Positions 1-11,305 of a stretch of 24,000 nt of DNA are shown here, one piece after another. The stretch's first letter is position 1. Each line of letters begins with the position of its first letter. The translations under genes were made by a program, and so were the position numbers. Source of the DNA: Rhodocyclales bacterium GT-UBC (GTDB taxonomy: Bacteria > Pseudomonadota > Gammaproteobacteria > Burkholderiales > Rhodocyclaceae); NCBI GenBank assembly GCA_003583745.1, contig QXPY01000003.1, positions 84,052 through 108,051 of the forward strand, read 5' to 3'. The notes under the pieces are model-generated. The model was given only the letters and a program-made list of their open reading frames with translations, made no database searches and had not been told where the DNA came from.

Positions 1-12
1 TTTCTCCTCTCT

Positions 13-1482
13 CTACAGGGTCTTGCGTAAATTGACCGGCGGGATGTTGAGCGACTCACGATATTTCGCAACCGTGCGCCGAGCGACAACGATTCCCTGC
101 TGGCCTAGTATTTCGGATATTTGACTATCCGACAAGGGCTTCTTGCCATCCTCGGCGCTGATCAATTGCTTGATCAGCGCGCGAATGGCAGTGGCAGAAC
201 AAGCACCACCGGTATCGGTGGAAACATGGCTGCCGAAAAAGTACTTCAGTTCAAAAATACCGCGCGGCGTCGCCATGTATTTCTGGCTGGTGACACGCGA
301 TACCGTTGATTCGTGCAAGCCGAGAATATCGGCAATTTCCCGCAATACCAGCGGCCGCATGGCGACCTCGCCATGTTCGAAGAACTGGCGCTGACGTTCG
401 ACGATGGCCTGGGTCACGCGGTGAATGGTGTCAAAACGCTGCTGGACGTTTTTGATCAGCCAGCGTGCTTCCTGCAACTGCCCGGTCAGATTGCCGTTCC
501 CGCGCCGCTGGCGAGCCAGGATCTCGGCATACAAACGGTTAATGCGCAGGCGAGGATAGGCATCGGGATTGATGTAGGCCGTCCATTTTCCCTTGATCTT
601 CTTCACCATCACATCGGGTGTGATATAGCGTGCCTCGACCTGAGCAAAACGGGCACCCGGACGAGGATTGAGGCCAACAATCAGAGCTTGGGCGGCTTTC
701 AGGCTATCGTCGTCACAACCGGTCAGGCGGCGGATCTTGGTGAAATCGCGGGCGGCCAGCAATTCGAGATGCTTGTCGACGATGCTCAAGGCAAGAATCT
801 GTATCTCGTCCTCCGGCATCGCCTTCAGTTGCAGGGCCAGGCATTCCTTCGGGCTGCGCGCTCCGATCCCGATCGGATCGAAATGCTGGATGTGGCGCAA
901 AGCGATTTCGAGTTCTTCAATCTCGATTTCGAATTCCGGTGGCAGGGTTTCCCACAGTTCCTGCAAAGGCGTGGACAGGTATCCGTCATCATCGAGCGCC
1001 TCGATCAGAAAACGCACCAGGCTGCGGTCGCGCTCGCTCAATTGGGTCATGCCCAACTGCCAGCCCAGGTGATCGCGCAGGCTGGTCGTTGCGGCGTGGA
1101 TGTCGTGAGCCTCGTTGTCGTCTTCGTCATCGCGGCCGGCCCCACTGAATGTGCCGGCATCGGAGGTCCAACGATCATCATCGACTTCGGATGGCGACGA
1201 CGGAATCTCCTGTTGATCGCGCTCTTCGCGCGGCTCACGCTCTTCGGATGCAGATGCCTCGCTGCGACTTTCCTCGTTGCGCGGCGAATCAAACTGCTGC
1301 GCTGCGGCAAACGATTCGCCGCCCTGATCGTCATCACGCTCCAGCATCGGATTCTCAAGCAGATAACGCTCGATTTCCTGCTGCATTTCGACGGTCGACA
1401 GCTGCAAGAGCTTGATCGACTGCTGCAGCTGTGGCGTCAGGGCCAGGTGCTGGGATAGTTTGAGTTGGAGGGCTGGCTTCAT
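13..1482 (-). CDS. rpoN: RNA polymerase sigma-54 factor RpoN
   Basis: 489-aa ORF. N-terminal glutamine/leucine-rich region I (LKLSQHLALTPQLQQSIKLLQLS), acidic linker, and C-terminal RpoN box ARRTVAKYRESLNIP. Sits directly downstream of lptB as in most Proteobacteria. A GGAGA-containing sequence at 1-12 (minus strand) probably serves the next gene (hpf-like), which lies off-window. Confidence 0.95.
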   Translation of the reverse strand: MKPALQLKLSQHLALTPQLQQSIKLLQLSTVEMQQEIERYLLENPMLERDDDQGGESFAAAQQFDSPRNEESRSEASASEEREPREERDQQEIPSSPSEVDDDRWTSDAGTFSGAGRDDEDDNEAHDIHAATTSLRDHLGWQLGMTQLSERDRSLVRFLIEALDDDGYLSTPLQELWETLPPEFEIEIEELEIALRHIQHFDPIGIGARSPKECLALQLKAMPEDEIQILALSIVDKHLELLAARDFTKIRRLTGCDDDSLKAAQALIVGLNPRPGARFAQVEARYITPDVMVKKIKGKWTAYINPDAYPRLRINRLYAEILARQRRGNGNLTGQLQEARWLIKNVQQRFDTIHRVTQAIVERQRQFFEHGEVAMRPLVLREIADILGLHESTVSRVTSQKYMATPRGIFELKYFFGSHVSTDTGGACSATAIRALIKQLISAEDGKKPLSDSQISEILGQQGIVVARRTVAKYRESLNIPPVNLRKTL

Positions 1483-1510
1483 CGATTCTTGTCTGGGCGC
1501 TGCTTATCGG

Positions 1511-2244
<734 letters not shown>

Positions 2245-2248
<4 letters not shown>

Positions 2249-2688
2249 TCATCGGCTCCGCGCATCACCCGGCGGATCGCATCGCCGGAAAAACCGCGAT
2301 ATTGCAAGAATCGCATTTGCTTGGCCCGCTCCTCGGCCGATTGAGGCGGGTTGCGAAACTTTCTCGCCCAAACCGCCTGGCAGCGCTCGGCTTCGTCGCC
2401 AGCTTCGGGCATGGCGGCGGCGATGTCGTCGTCACCCACACCATGCTGCCGAAGATCCTGCTGCAGCCGTGCGTTGCCGTAACGGCTGCTGCGGGCGGCC
2501 ACCCGCTGGCTGGCAAAGCGATGGTCGGAAAGCAGGCGCTCGGCCTGCAAGGTGTCGAGCACTGCATCGAGTTGCGCCTCGCCCTCCGCTTGTGCGGCGA
2601 GCTTGGTCCTCAACTCGGCCCGGCTGTGATCGCGCCGGGCGAGGAGTCGAAGCGCGGCAAGCCGCAGCGCAACAAGCGGATCAGGCAT
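2245..2688 (-). CDS. recX: RecA regulator RecX
   Basis: Follows recA on the same strand. Sequence ([19 protein letters not shown], repeated helical segments) fits the RecX family. The ORF opens at 2766, but the ATG at 2688 gives a typical ~147-aa RecX and overlaps the recA stop (ATGCCTGA). The start is uncertain (2688, 2721 or 2766). The stop overlaps the lptB ATG (ATGA). Confidence 0.8.
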
Positions 2689-3709
2689 CGGTCTTGGCAG
2701 CCTTGACCGGCTTGATGACATTGGTGCTAGCCGCTTCGCGAATGCCCGTCTCGATTTCCTGGGCAATTTCGGGGTGTGCCTTCAAGAACTCGCGGGCATT
2801 GTCCTTGCCCTGACCGATCTTCTCACCCTTGTAGGCGTACCAGGCACCGGATTTGTCGACCAGCTTGTGGGCAACGCCCATTTCGACGATTTCGCCCTGA
2901 CGGGAAATCCCTTCGCCGTAGAGGATATCGAAGATCGCCTCGCGGAACGGGGGAGAGACCTTGTTCTTGACGACCTTGACCTTGGTTTCGCTGCCGATCA
3001 CCTCGTCGCCCTTCTTGATCGAACCGATACGGCGGATATCAAGGCGGACGGAAGCATAAAACTTCAGCGCATTGCCACCGGTGGTGGTTTCCGGCGAACC
3101 GAACATGACGCCGATCTTCATCCGGATCTGGTTGATGAAGATAACCAGGGTATTGGTCTTCTTGATGTTGGCGGTCAGTTTGCGCAGGGCCTGCGACATC
3201 AGGCGGGCGTGCAGGCCGACCATCTGGTCGCCCATTTCGCCTTCGATTTCTGCGCGCGGGGTGAGGGCGGCGACGGAGTCGACGATGATGATGTCGACCG
3301 AGCCTGAGCGCACCAGCATGTCGGCAATTTCCAGGGCCTGCTCGCCGGTGTCGGGCTGCGAGATCAGCAGGTCGCCGACATTGACGCCCAGCTTCTGAGC
3401 ATATTGCGGATCGAGCGCATGTTCGGCATCGATGAAGGCAGCGGTACCGCCCAGCTTCTGCATCTCCGCAACGACCTGCAGACAGAGCGTGGTCTTGCCG
3501 GAGGATTCCGGACCGTAGATTTCGACAACGCGACCGCGGGGCAGGCCGCCGACGCCCAAAGCGATGTCCAGACCGAGCGAACCGGTCGACACAACCTGGA
3601 TGCCTTCGTCGATTTCGGCATCGCCCATCTTCATGATGGAACCTTTGCCGAACTGCTTTTCAATCTGTTGCAGCGCTGCGGCCAGCGCCTTTGCCTTGTT
3701 GTCGTCCAT
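2681..3709 (-). CDS. recA: Recombinase RecA
   Basis: The ORF track gives 411 aa from 3916, but the canonical RecA N-terminus [26 protein letters not shown] begins at residue 70 (ATG 3709-3707) and is preceded by GAGG. Walker [10 protein letters not shown]. Typical 342-aa length. Confidence 0.96.
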   Translation of the reverse strand: MDDNKAKALAAALQQIEKQFGKGSIMKMGDAEIDEGIQVVSTGSLGLDIALGVGGLPRGRVVEIYGPESSGKTTLCLQVVAEMQKLGGTAAFIDAEHALDPQYAQKLGVNVGDLLISQPDTGEQALEIADMLVRSGSVDIIIVDSVAALTPRAEIEGEMGDQMVGLHARLMSQALRKLTANIKKTNTLVIFINQIRMKIGVMFGSPETTTGGNALKFYASVRLDIRRIGSIKKGDEVIGSETKVKVVKNKVSPPFREAIFDILYGEGISRQGEIVEMGVAHKLVDKSGAWYAYKGEKIGQGKDNAREFLKAHPEIAQEIETGIREAASTNVIKPVKAAKTDA

Positions 3710-3893
3710 GGGCGTACCTCGGAAATTTGACGGGATTATGGCACAGGGGCCAAAGATGGAATAGAAATTGCAGAGTTTGCAGAGCTGGTGTAAGCCGCGG
3801 CCAGGAACAAACGATGCTAAGCCGGCAGCAATATCCGGGAAAAGCACGGAAACACGCGGTATATTCTCTGGCTCGCCGTTTCCCGCCCCGGAG

Positions 3894-3913
3894 CACTGGG
3901 TATAAATACAGTA
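3894..3913 (-). promoter_or_regulatory. Putative LexA (SOS) box overlapping a recA promoter
   Basis: The plus strand reads CACTGGGTATAAATACAGTA, which matches TACTGTATATATATACAGTA at 16/20 positions (CTGG-N8-ACAG core). On the minus strand a -35-like TTGCCA (3936-3931) is followed by 17 nt and then TACTGT (3913-3908), so the box overlaps the -10. The site lies about 190 nt upstream of the recA ATG. Confidence 0.5.
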
Positions 3914-3965
3914 CATTTACTGTACGGGCTTGGCAAGCAGATTCTCAATCCATGCCCGATCGCCC

Positions 3966-4622
3966 ATGTCCATCCCCTACACGCCGCCACCCGATAATGG
4001 CCTGACTGTGCTCTTCGCCGACGCCAGCCTGCTCGTCGTCAACAAGCCGGCCGGCCTGCTCTCGGTGCCCGGGCGGGGGGACGACAAGCAGGATTGCCTG
4101 GCCAGCCGGGTTCAGGCCGAATACCCGGATGCGTTGATCGTGCATCGCCTCGACATGTCCACCTCCGGCCTGCTGGTACTGGCCCGGGGCGAAGCCATGC
4201 AAAGCGAGATCAACCGTCTGTTTCGCGAACGAGCCGTGGACAAGCGCTACCTGGCCGTGGTCGACGGCATGCTGGCAGAGGAGGGCGGCGAAATCGACCT
4301 GCCGCTCATCTGCGACTGGCCGAATCGCCCCCGGCAGAAGGTCGATCACGACATCGGCAAGCGCTCACTGACCCGCTTCACCAGGCTGGATGTCGATGAG
4401 GCGAGCCAAACGACACGCGTCGCCCTGGAACCGATCACCGGCCGTTCGCACCAGTTGCGGGTACATATGGCCGCGCTTGGTCACCCCATCCTCGGCGACG
4501 AACTCTATGGCGGCCCGGCCGAACACAAGGCACCGCGCCTGCTGCTGCACGCCATGGATCTCGCTTTCGTACACCCCTTGAGCGGCGAGGCGCTGGCTTT
4601 CCACTGTCCACCCGATTTCTAG
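3966..4622 (+). CDS. rluA: Pseudouridine synthase, RluA type
   Basis: Strongly colinear with E. coli RluA as I remember it: VVNKPAGLLSVPGR, catalytic HRLDMSTSG, LPLICDWPNRPRQKV, ITGRSHQLRVHMAALGHPILGD, PRLLLHA. The ORF track starts at a TTG at 3930; the ATG at 3966 fits the family N-terminus better. Confidence 0.87.
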   Translation: MSIPYTPPPDNGLTVLFADASLLVVNKPAGLLSVPGRGDDKQDCLASRVQAEYPDALIVHRLDMSTSGLLVLARGEAMQSEINRLFRERAVDKRYLAVVDGMLAEEGGEIDLPLICDWPNRPRQKVDHDIGKRSLTRFTRLDVDEASQTTRVALEPITGRSHQLRVHMAALGHPILGDELYGGPAEHKAPRLLLHAMDLAFVHPLSGEALAFHCPPDF

Positions 4623-4739
4623 CCTGCGAACGGGAAGCCGACTACGCGAAATTCTTGCAGTCGGGGCTGCGCCTGCTGCAGCGCAATAACCTTATAATTC
4701 CCGCGTTTTCAACCCCTTGCCCCGGTCGACCGCGCCAAA

Positions 4740-6278
4740 ATGCTGATCTGGTTCGTCGTTCTCTACCTGCTCGTTTCCATCGGCATCGGCCTCTTTGCGG
4801 CGACCCGCGTCCATAGCGCCAAGGATTTTGCCGTCGCCGGCCGCCACCTGCCCCTGCCGGTTGTCACCGCCACCGTATTCGCCACCTGGTTCGGCGCCGA
4901 GGCGGTATTCGGAGTTTCCGCCACCTTCGTCAAGGAAGGCCTGCGCGGCGTCGTCGCCGACCCCTTCGGTTCCTCGCTTTGCCTGATCATCGCCGGCTTC
5001 TTCTTCGCCACCAAGCTCTACAAGCTCAATATCCTGACCCTCGGCGACTTCTTCCGCATGCGCTACAACCGCACGGTCGAAGTGCTGACCACGCTCTGTA
5101 TCGTCGCCTCCTACCTGGGCTGGGTTTCGGCCCAGATCAAGGCCCTCGGCCTGGTCTTCAACGTCGTCACCAACGACGGCATAAGCCAGACGGCCGGGAT
5201 GATCCTCGGCGCCGCCATCGTCCTCACCTACACCACCTTCGGCGGCATGCTCTCGGTGGCGATCCTCGATTTCGTCCAGATGGGCGTCATCATGGGCGGC
5301 CTGTTCTACATCGCGACCCTGGTTGCCGGCCCGGCCGGCGGCGTCGATACCGTCATCCAGCATGCCTCGGCCGCCGGCAAGCTCGACTTCTTTCCCGAGG
5401 CCGATCCCTGGCAATGGCTGTCCTTCCTCGGTGCCTGGATCACCATGATGCTCGGCTCGATCCCGCAACAGGACGTCTTCCAGCGCATCACCTCGGCGAA
5501 GACGGCGAAGATCGCCATCTGGGGCTCGCTGCTCGGCGGCTCGATCTATTTCTGCTTCACTTTCGTCCCGATGTTCATCGCCTACTCGGCGACGCTGATC
5601 GATCCCGACCTGTTCAACGGTCTGCTGCAGACCGATTCGCAACTGGTGCTGCCGACCCTGGTCCTGCAGCACACCCCGTTGCTCGCCCAGGCCATCTTCT
5701 TCGGCGCCGTGCTCTCGGCCATCATGAGCTGCTCGTCGGCCACGCTGCTGGCGCCCTCGGTTGCCTTCTCGGAAAACATCGTGCGCGGCTTCTATCCGCA
5801 CATGGGTGACCACCAGTTCCTGCGCGTCATGCGCACCTCGATCGTGGTCTTTGCCGCAGTCGTCCTCGGCTTCGCGCTGTATTCCAACGCCAGCATCTTC
5901 AAGATGGTTGAGAACGCCTACAAGGTGACGCTGGCCGGCGCCTTCGTGCCGCTTTTCTTCGGTGCCTTCTGGAAGCGTGCCACGACGCAGGGCGCGCTGG
6001 CCGCCATCTTCGGCGGCCTGAGCGCCTGGCTGCTGATCGAGAGCCTGGTCGGCAGTACGGCCCAGGCCGGCGATTACGCCTATGCGCTGGCCCATGTCGG
6101 CCAACTGGTGCCGCCGCAACTGATCGGCCTCGCCGTCAGCATGCTCGGCATGATCGCCGGCTCGCTGTTGCCGCAATGGGTCGGCCGGCCGACGCCGCAG
6201 ATGGATAGCCACGCCGCGCTGCATCACCGGGCCGCCGCCGAAACCCAGCACACCGCCCATCACCCGCACCAACACTAG
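4740..6278 (+). CDS. Sodium:solute symporter (SSS) family transporter
   Basis: 512-aa polytopic membrane protein. N-terminus (DFAVAGRHLPLPVVTATVFATWFGAEAVFG) is typical of the SSS family. The substrate cannot be assigned. It has a His-rich C-terminal tail (HHRAAAETQHTAHHPHQH). Confidence 0.85.
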   Translation: MLIWFVVLYLLVSIGIGLFAATRVHSAKDFAVAGRHLPLPVVTATVFATWFGAEAVFGVSATFVKEGLRGVVADPFGSSLCLIIAGFFFATKLYKLNILTLGDFFRMRYNRTVEVLTTLCIVASYLGWVSAQIKALGLVFNVVTNDGISQTAGMILGAAIVLTYTTFGGMLSVAILDFVQMGVIMGGLFYIATLVAGPAGGVDTVIQHASAAGKLDFFPEADPWQWLSFLGAWITMMLGSIPQQDVFQRITSAKTAKIAIWGSLLGGSIYFCFTFVPMFIAYSATLIDPDLFNGLLQTDSQLVLPTLVLQHTPLLAQAIFFGAVLSAIMSCSSATLLAPSVAFSENIVRGFYPHMGDHQFLRVMRTSIVVFAAVVLGFALYSNASIFKMVENAYKVTLAGAFVPLFFGAFWKRATTQGALAAIFGGLSAWLLIESLVGSTAQAGDYAYALAHVGQLVPPQLIGLAVSMLGMIAGSLLPQWVGRPTPQMDSHAALHHRAAAETQHTAHHPHQH

Positions 6279-6298
6279 GTCGCCGCCCGAGATAAGGG

Positions 6299-6327
6299 CT
6301 GACTCGGCCGGCGTTAGGCCCTAGAAT
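6299..6327 (+). promoter_or_regulatory. Putative sigma-70 promoter giving a leaderless transcript for the VanZ-like gene
   Basis: -35-like CTGACT (6299-6304), 17-nt spacer, -10 TAGAAT (6322-6327). The ATG at 6334 lies 7 nt after the -10 and no Shine-Dalgarno sequence is present. Confidence 0.3.
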
Positions 6328-7340
6328 CAAGACATGACCGAACACGGCCGTGGCCCCATCCTGCTCGCCCGTTATCTCGCGCTGGCTTGGTGTGGGCTGG
6401 TGATCTACGGCAGCCTGCACCCGTTTTCCGGCTGGCGGGATACCGGCGTTTCCCCCTTCGCCTTCCTTGAGGGCGGCTGGCCGCGTTACTGGACCGTTTT
6501 CGACCTGGTGACCAATGTCGCCGTCTATGTCCCGCTCGGCTTTTTCCTGACCCTGGCCATCAGCCGCGTTCCGGGCCGCTATACCGCCCCCATTTTGGCC
6601 GTACTGTTTGCCGGCGGTGTCAGCTTCGGCTTGGAAAGCCTGCAAACCTGGCTCCCGTCACGCGTCCCGTCCAATCTCGATCTCGCCTGCAACACGCTGG
6701 GCGGGCTGGGCGGCGCGCTCTGGGCGCAAGTCGTCGGACCGCGCGTCTTCGCCCGCATCGCCGCCCTCGAACACCGGCTGATCGCCCCGGTACCGCACGC
6801 CGAACTCGGCCTGACCCTGCTCGGCATCTGGCTACTCGTCCCGTTGTCGCCGGAAACCCTGCTTTTCGGGGCCGGCGACCTGCGCCAGGCGCTCGGGCTG
6901 TCCGGCGCCGTACCCTTCGTCGCCGAAAGCTTCGTCGTCATCGAGGCCAGCATCACGGCGCTCAATGCCATCGCGGTCGGTCTCATCGTCCGCCTGCTCA
7001 CCGCCCGCCTGCTCTGGGCCTATGTCGTCGTGCCACTGTTCCTGCTGCTTGGCCTGGTCGTCCGGACACTGGCCACCGCCATCCTGGTCAATCCCGGCGA
7101 AGCCCTGGCCTGGCTGACGCCGGGCGCCGAAATGGGGCTGCTCATCGCCGGCCTCTTTCTCGCCGTGGCCATCGCCCTGCCGGCCACGCCCCGCCTGATG
7201 TTCGCCGCGCTGGCGCTGATGGCCGGTTGCGTACTGGTCAACCTGGCACCGCCTAACCCGTATTCGGTGGCTGCGCTGGCCACCTGGCGGCAGGGGCACT
7301 TCCTGAATTTCAACGGCCTGACCCGATTGGTGGCAACACT

Positions 7341-10046
<2,706 letters not shown>

Positions 10047-10058
10047 AAGCGAACCCCC

Positions 10059-10064
10059 TATAAT
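10059..10064 (+). promoter_or_regulatory. Perfect -10 hexamer TATAAT upstream of the ferredoxin gene
   Basis: TATAAT at 10059-10064, then AGGAGA (10077-10082) and the ATG at 10088. The -35 region (TTCCAG) is poor. Confidence 0.25.
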
Positions 10065-10087
10065 TGGCGGCCCCACAGGAGAAACCG

Positions 10088-10396
10088 ATGAGCTATTTCC
10101 AACATCACGTCTTTGTCTGCACCAACCAGCGCGAGGCCGGCGAGCAATGCTGCAACAGCATTGGCGGCAGCGAAATGTTCGCCTATGCCAAGGACCGCAT
10201 CGGCGCGCTGAAGAAAAACGGCCCGGGCAACATCCGCATCAACAAGGCCGGCTGCCTCGGCCGCTGCGACCAGGGCCCGGTGATGGTCGTCTACCCGGAG
10301 GAAACCTGGTACTCCTTCATCGACAAGGAAGACGTCGATGAAATCATCAACGAACACCTGCTCGGCGGCCGCGTCGTCGAACGCCTGAAGATCTGA
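10088..10396 (+). CDS. Thioredoxin-like [2Fe-2S] ferredoxin domain protein
   Basis: The start at 10088 (MSYFQHHVFVCTNQR) follows an AGGAGA Shine-Dalgarno sequence. The Cys pattern (VC...CC...GCLGRC) and PVMVVYPEETWY are typical of this family. The ORF track starts at 10064. Confidence 0.8.
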   Translation: MSYFQHHVFVCTNQREAGEQCCNSIGGSEMFAYAKDRIGALKKNGPGNIRINKAGCLGRCDQGPVMVVYPEETWYSFIDKEDVDEIINEHLLGGRVVERLKI

Positions 10397-10400
10397 CGCC

Positions 10401-11039
10401 ATGAAAGCACCGGAAGAGAAGATCGTCGTTGCCGGCCCGGTCGGCAACATCGACGTCATCATGGAGCGCCCGGACGCACCGCGCGGTATCGCGCTGATCG
10501 CCCACCCACACCCGATGGGCGGCGGCGCCAATACCAACAAGGTCGCCTATACCCTGGCCCGCACCTTCGCCAGCCTCGGCTATGCCGCCTTCCGCCCGAA
10601 TTTCCGTGGCGTCGGCGGCACCGAAGGCGAGCATGACGAAGGCATCGGCGAGACCGAGGACCTGCTGGCCGTGCTGGAAGAAGCCAAGCGCCGTTGCGGC
10701 GACCTGCCGGTGGCCCTGGCCGGCTTCTCCTTCGGCGCCTACTGCCAGACCCGCGTCGCCAAGCGCTTGGTCGAAGCCGGGCATCCGGCCCAGCGCCTGG
10801 TCCTGGTCGGCACCGCCGCCGGCCATGTCGAGGGCAGCCGCCAGTACGACACCGAAGCCGTGCCGCACGACACCATCGTCATCCACGGTGCCGAAGACAC
10901 GCTGGTCCCGCCTTCGAACGTCTATGCCTGGGCCTTGCCGCTCGACCTGCCGGTCATCATGGTGCCGGGCGCCGACCACTTCTTCCATCGCCGCCTGCAT
11001 CTGATCCGCGACATCATTACCCGCGCATGGCGACACTGA
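10401..11039 (+). CDS. Small alpha/beta-fold hydrolase (COG2945-like)
   Basis: 212 aa with a nucleophile elbow in LAGFSFGAY, IALIAHPHPMGGG, and C-terminal GADHFF. Starts 5 nt after the ferredoxin stop. Confidence 0.75.
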   Translation: MKAPEEKIVVAGPVGNIDVIMERPDAPRGIALIAHPHPMGGGANTNKVAYTLARTFASLGYAAFRPNFRGVGGTEGEHDEGIGETEDLLAVLEEAKRRCGDLPVALAGFSFGAYCQTRVAKRLVEAGHPAQRLVLVGTAAGHVEGSRQYDTEAVPHDTIVIHGAEDTLVPPSNVYAWALPLDLPVIMVPGADHFFHRRLHLIRDIITRAWRH

Positions 11040-11086
11040 ACGTCTCCAAGCTGCGCAAGGTCTATGGCGGCAGCTCCGCAAAATAA
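11027..11086 (+). pseudogene. 19-codon 5' stump of an ABC-transporter ATPase gene
   Basis: ATG at 11027 overlaps the hydrolase stop and encodes MATLNVSKLRKVYGGSSAK*. The first 15 residues parallel [12 protein letters not shown] of the intact ABC ATPase at 20670, including a 22-nt identical stretch. After that stretch the sequence diverges and stops. Confidence 0.55.
11051..11072 (+). repeat. Left copy of a 22-bp perfect direct repeat CTGCGCAAGGTCTATGGCGGCA
   Basis: Identical to 20718-20739. The 15 nt upstream are also 11/15 identical between copies. Sequence downstream of the repeat is unrelated. Confidence 0.9.
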
Positions 11087-11181
11087 GCCTCGGCATGAAT
11101 TCACTCGCAGTTGGTGAGGAGCTGGCTGCGATTTCAACCGCGGGCTCTTGAGCTTTCCTTCAAGAAAGGAACGAAGCGGCC

Positions 11182-11268
11182 TTACCCTCTTCTGGTGTCA
11201 GCTGTTTCACACGCAATCAACATTACCGATCCGGAGACGGCTAATTTCCCGATCATCCTGTTACTCAT
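11182..11268 (-). CDS. Speculative 28-codon mini-ORF with a lipobox
   Basis: Encodes MSNRMIGKLAVSGSVMLIAC|ETADTRRG*, with LIAC fitting the lipobox pattern. It lies 38 nt downstream of the acylase stop on the same strand. There is no convincing Shine-Dalgarno sequence, and it may be a chance ORF or the remnant of a lipoprotein gene. Confidence 0.15.
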   Translation of the reverse strand: MSNRMIGKLAVSGSVMLIACETADTRRG

Positions 11269-11305
11269 GGATGCGGGGGGGCACGACGGTCGGCGCCTCT
11301 GCGCT

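Noticed and set aside
313-1458. 381-aa plus-strand ORF opposite rpoN
   Set aside because: It is antisense to an unambiguous rpoN gene and has no recognisable domain.
3710-3916. 69-codon upstream extension of recA
   Set aside because: The canonical RecA N-terminus begins at 3709 with a GAGG Shine-Dalgarno sequence. The extension covers the promoter and SOS-box region.
4623-4739. TATAAT hexamer at 4693-4698 and GC-rich partial hairpins (about 4655-4690) between rluA and the symporter gene
   Set aside because: There is no acceptable -35 at 16-18 nt. The hairpin stems are only 4-5 bp with mismatches and no U-tract, which is too weak to call a promoter or terminator.
4692-6275. 527-aa minus-strand ORF covering the whole symporter gene
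   Set aside because: It is the antisense shadow of a well-supported transporter gene. The translation is Gly/Arg/Asp/Ala-rich low-complexity sequence, typical of the opposite strand of high-GC coding DNA.
10347-11096. 249-aa minus-strand ORF opposite the alpha/beta hydrolase, plus the alternate plus frames 10582-11004 and 10694-11086
   Set aside because: These are low-complexity shadow frames. Only the last 20 codons of 10694-11086 are meaningful, and they are reported separately as the ABC 5' stump.
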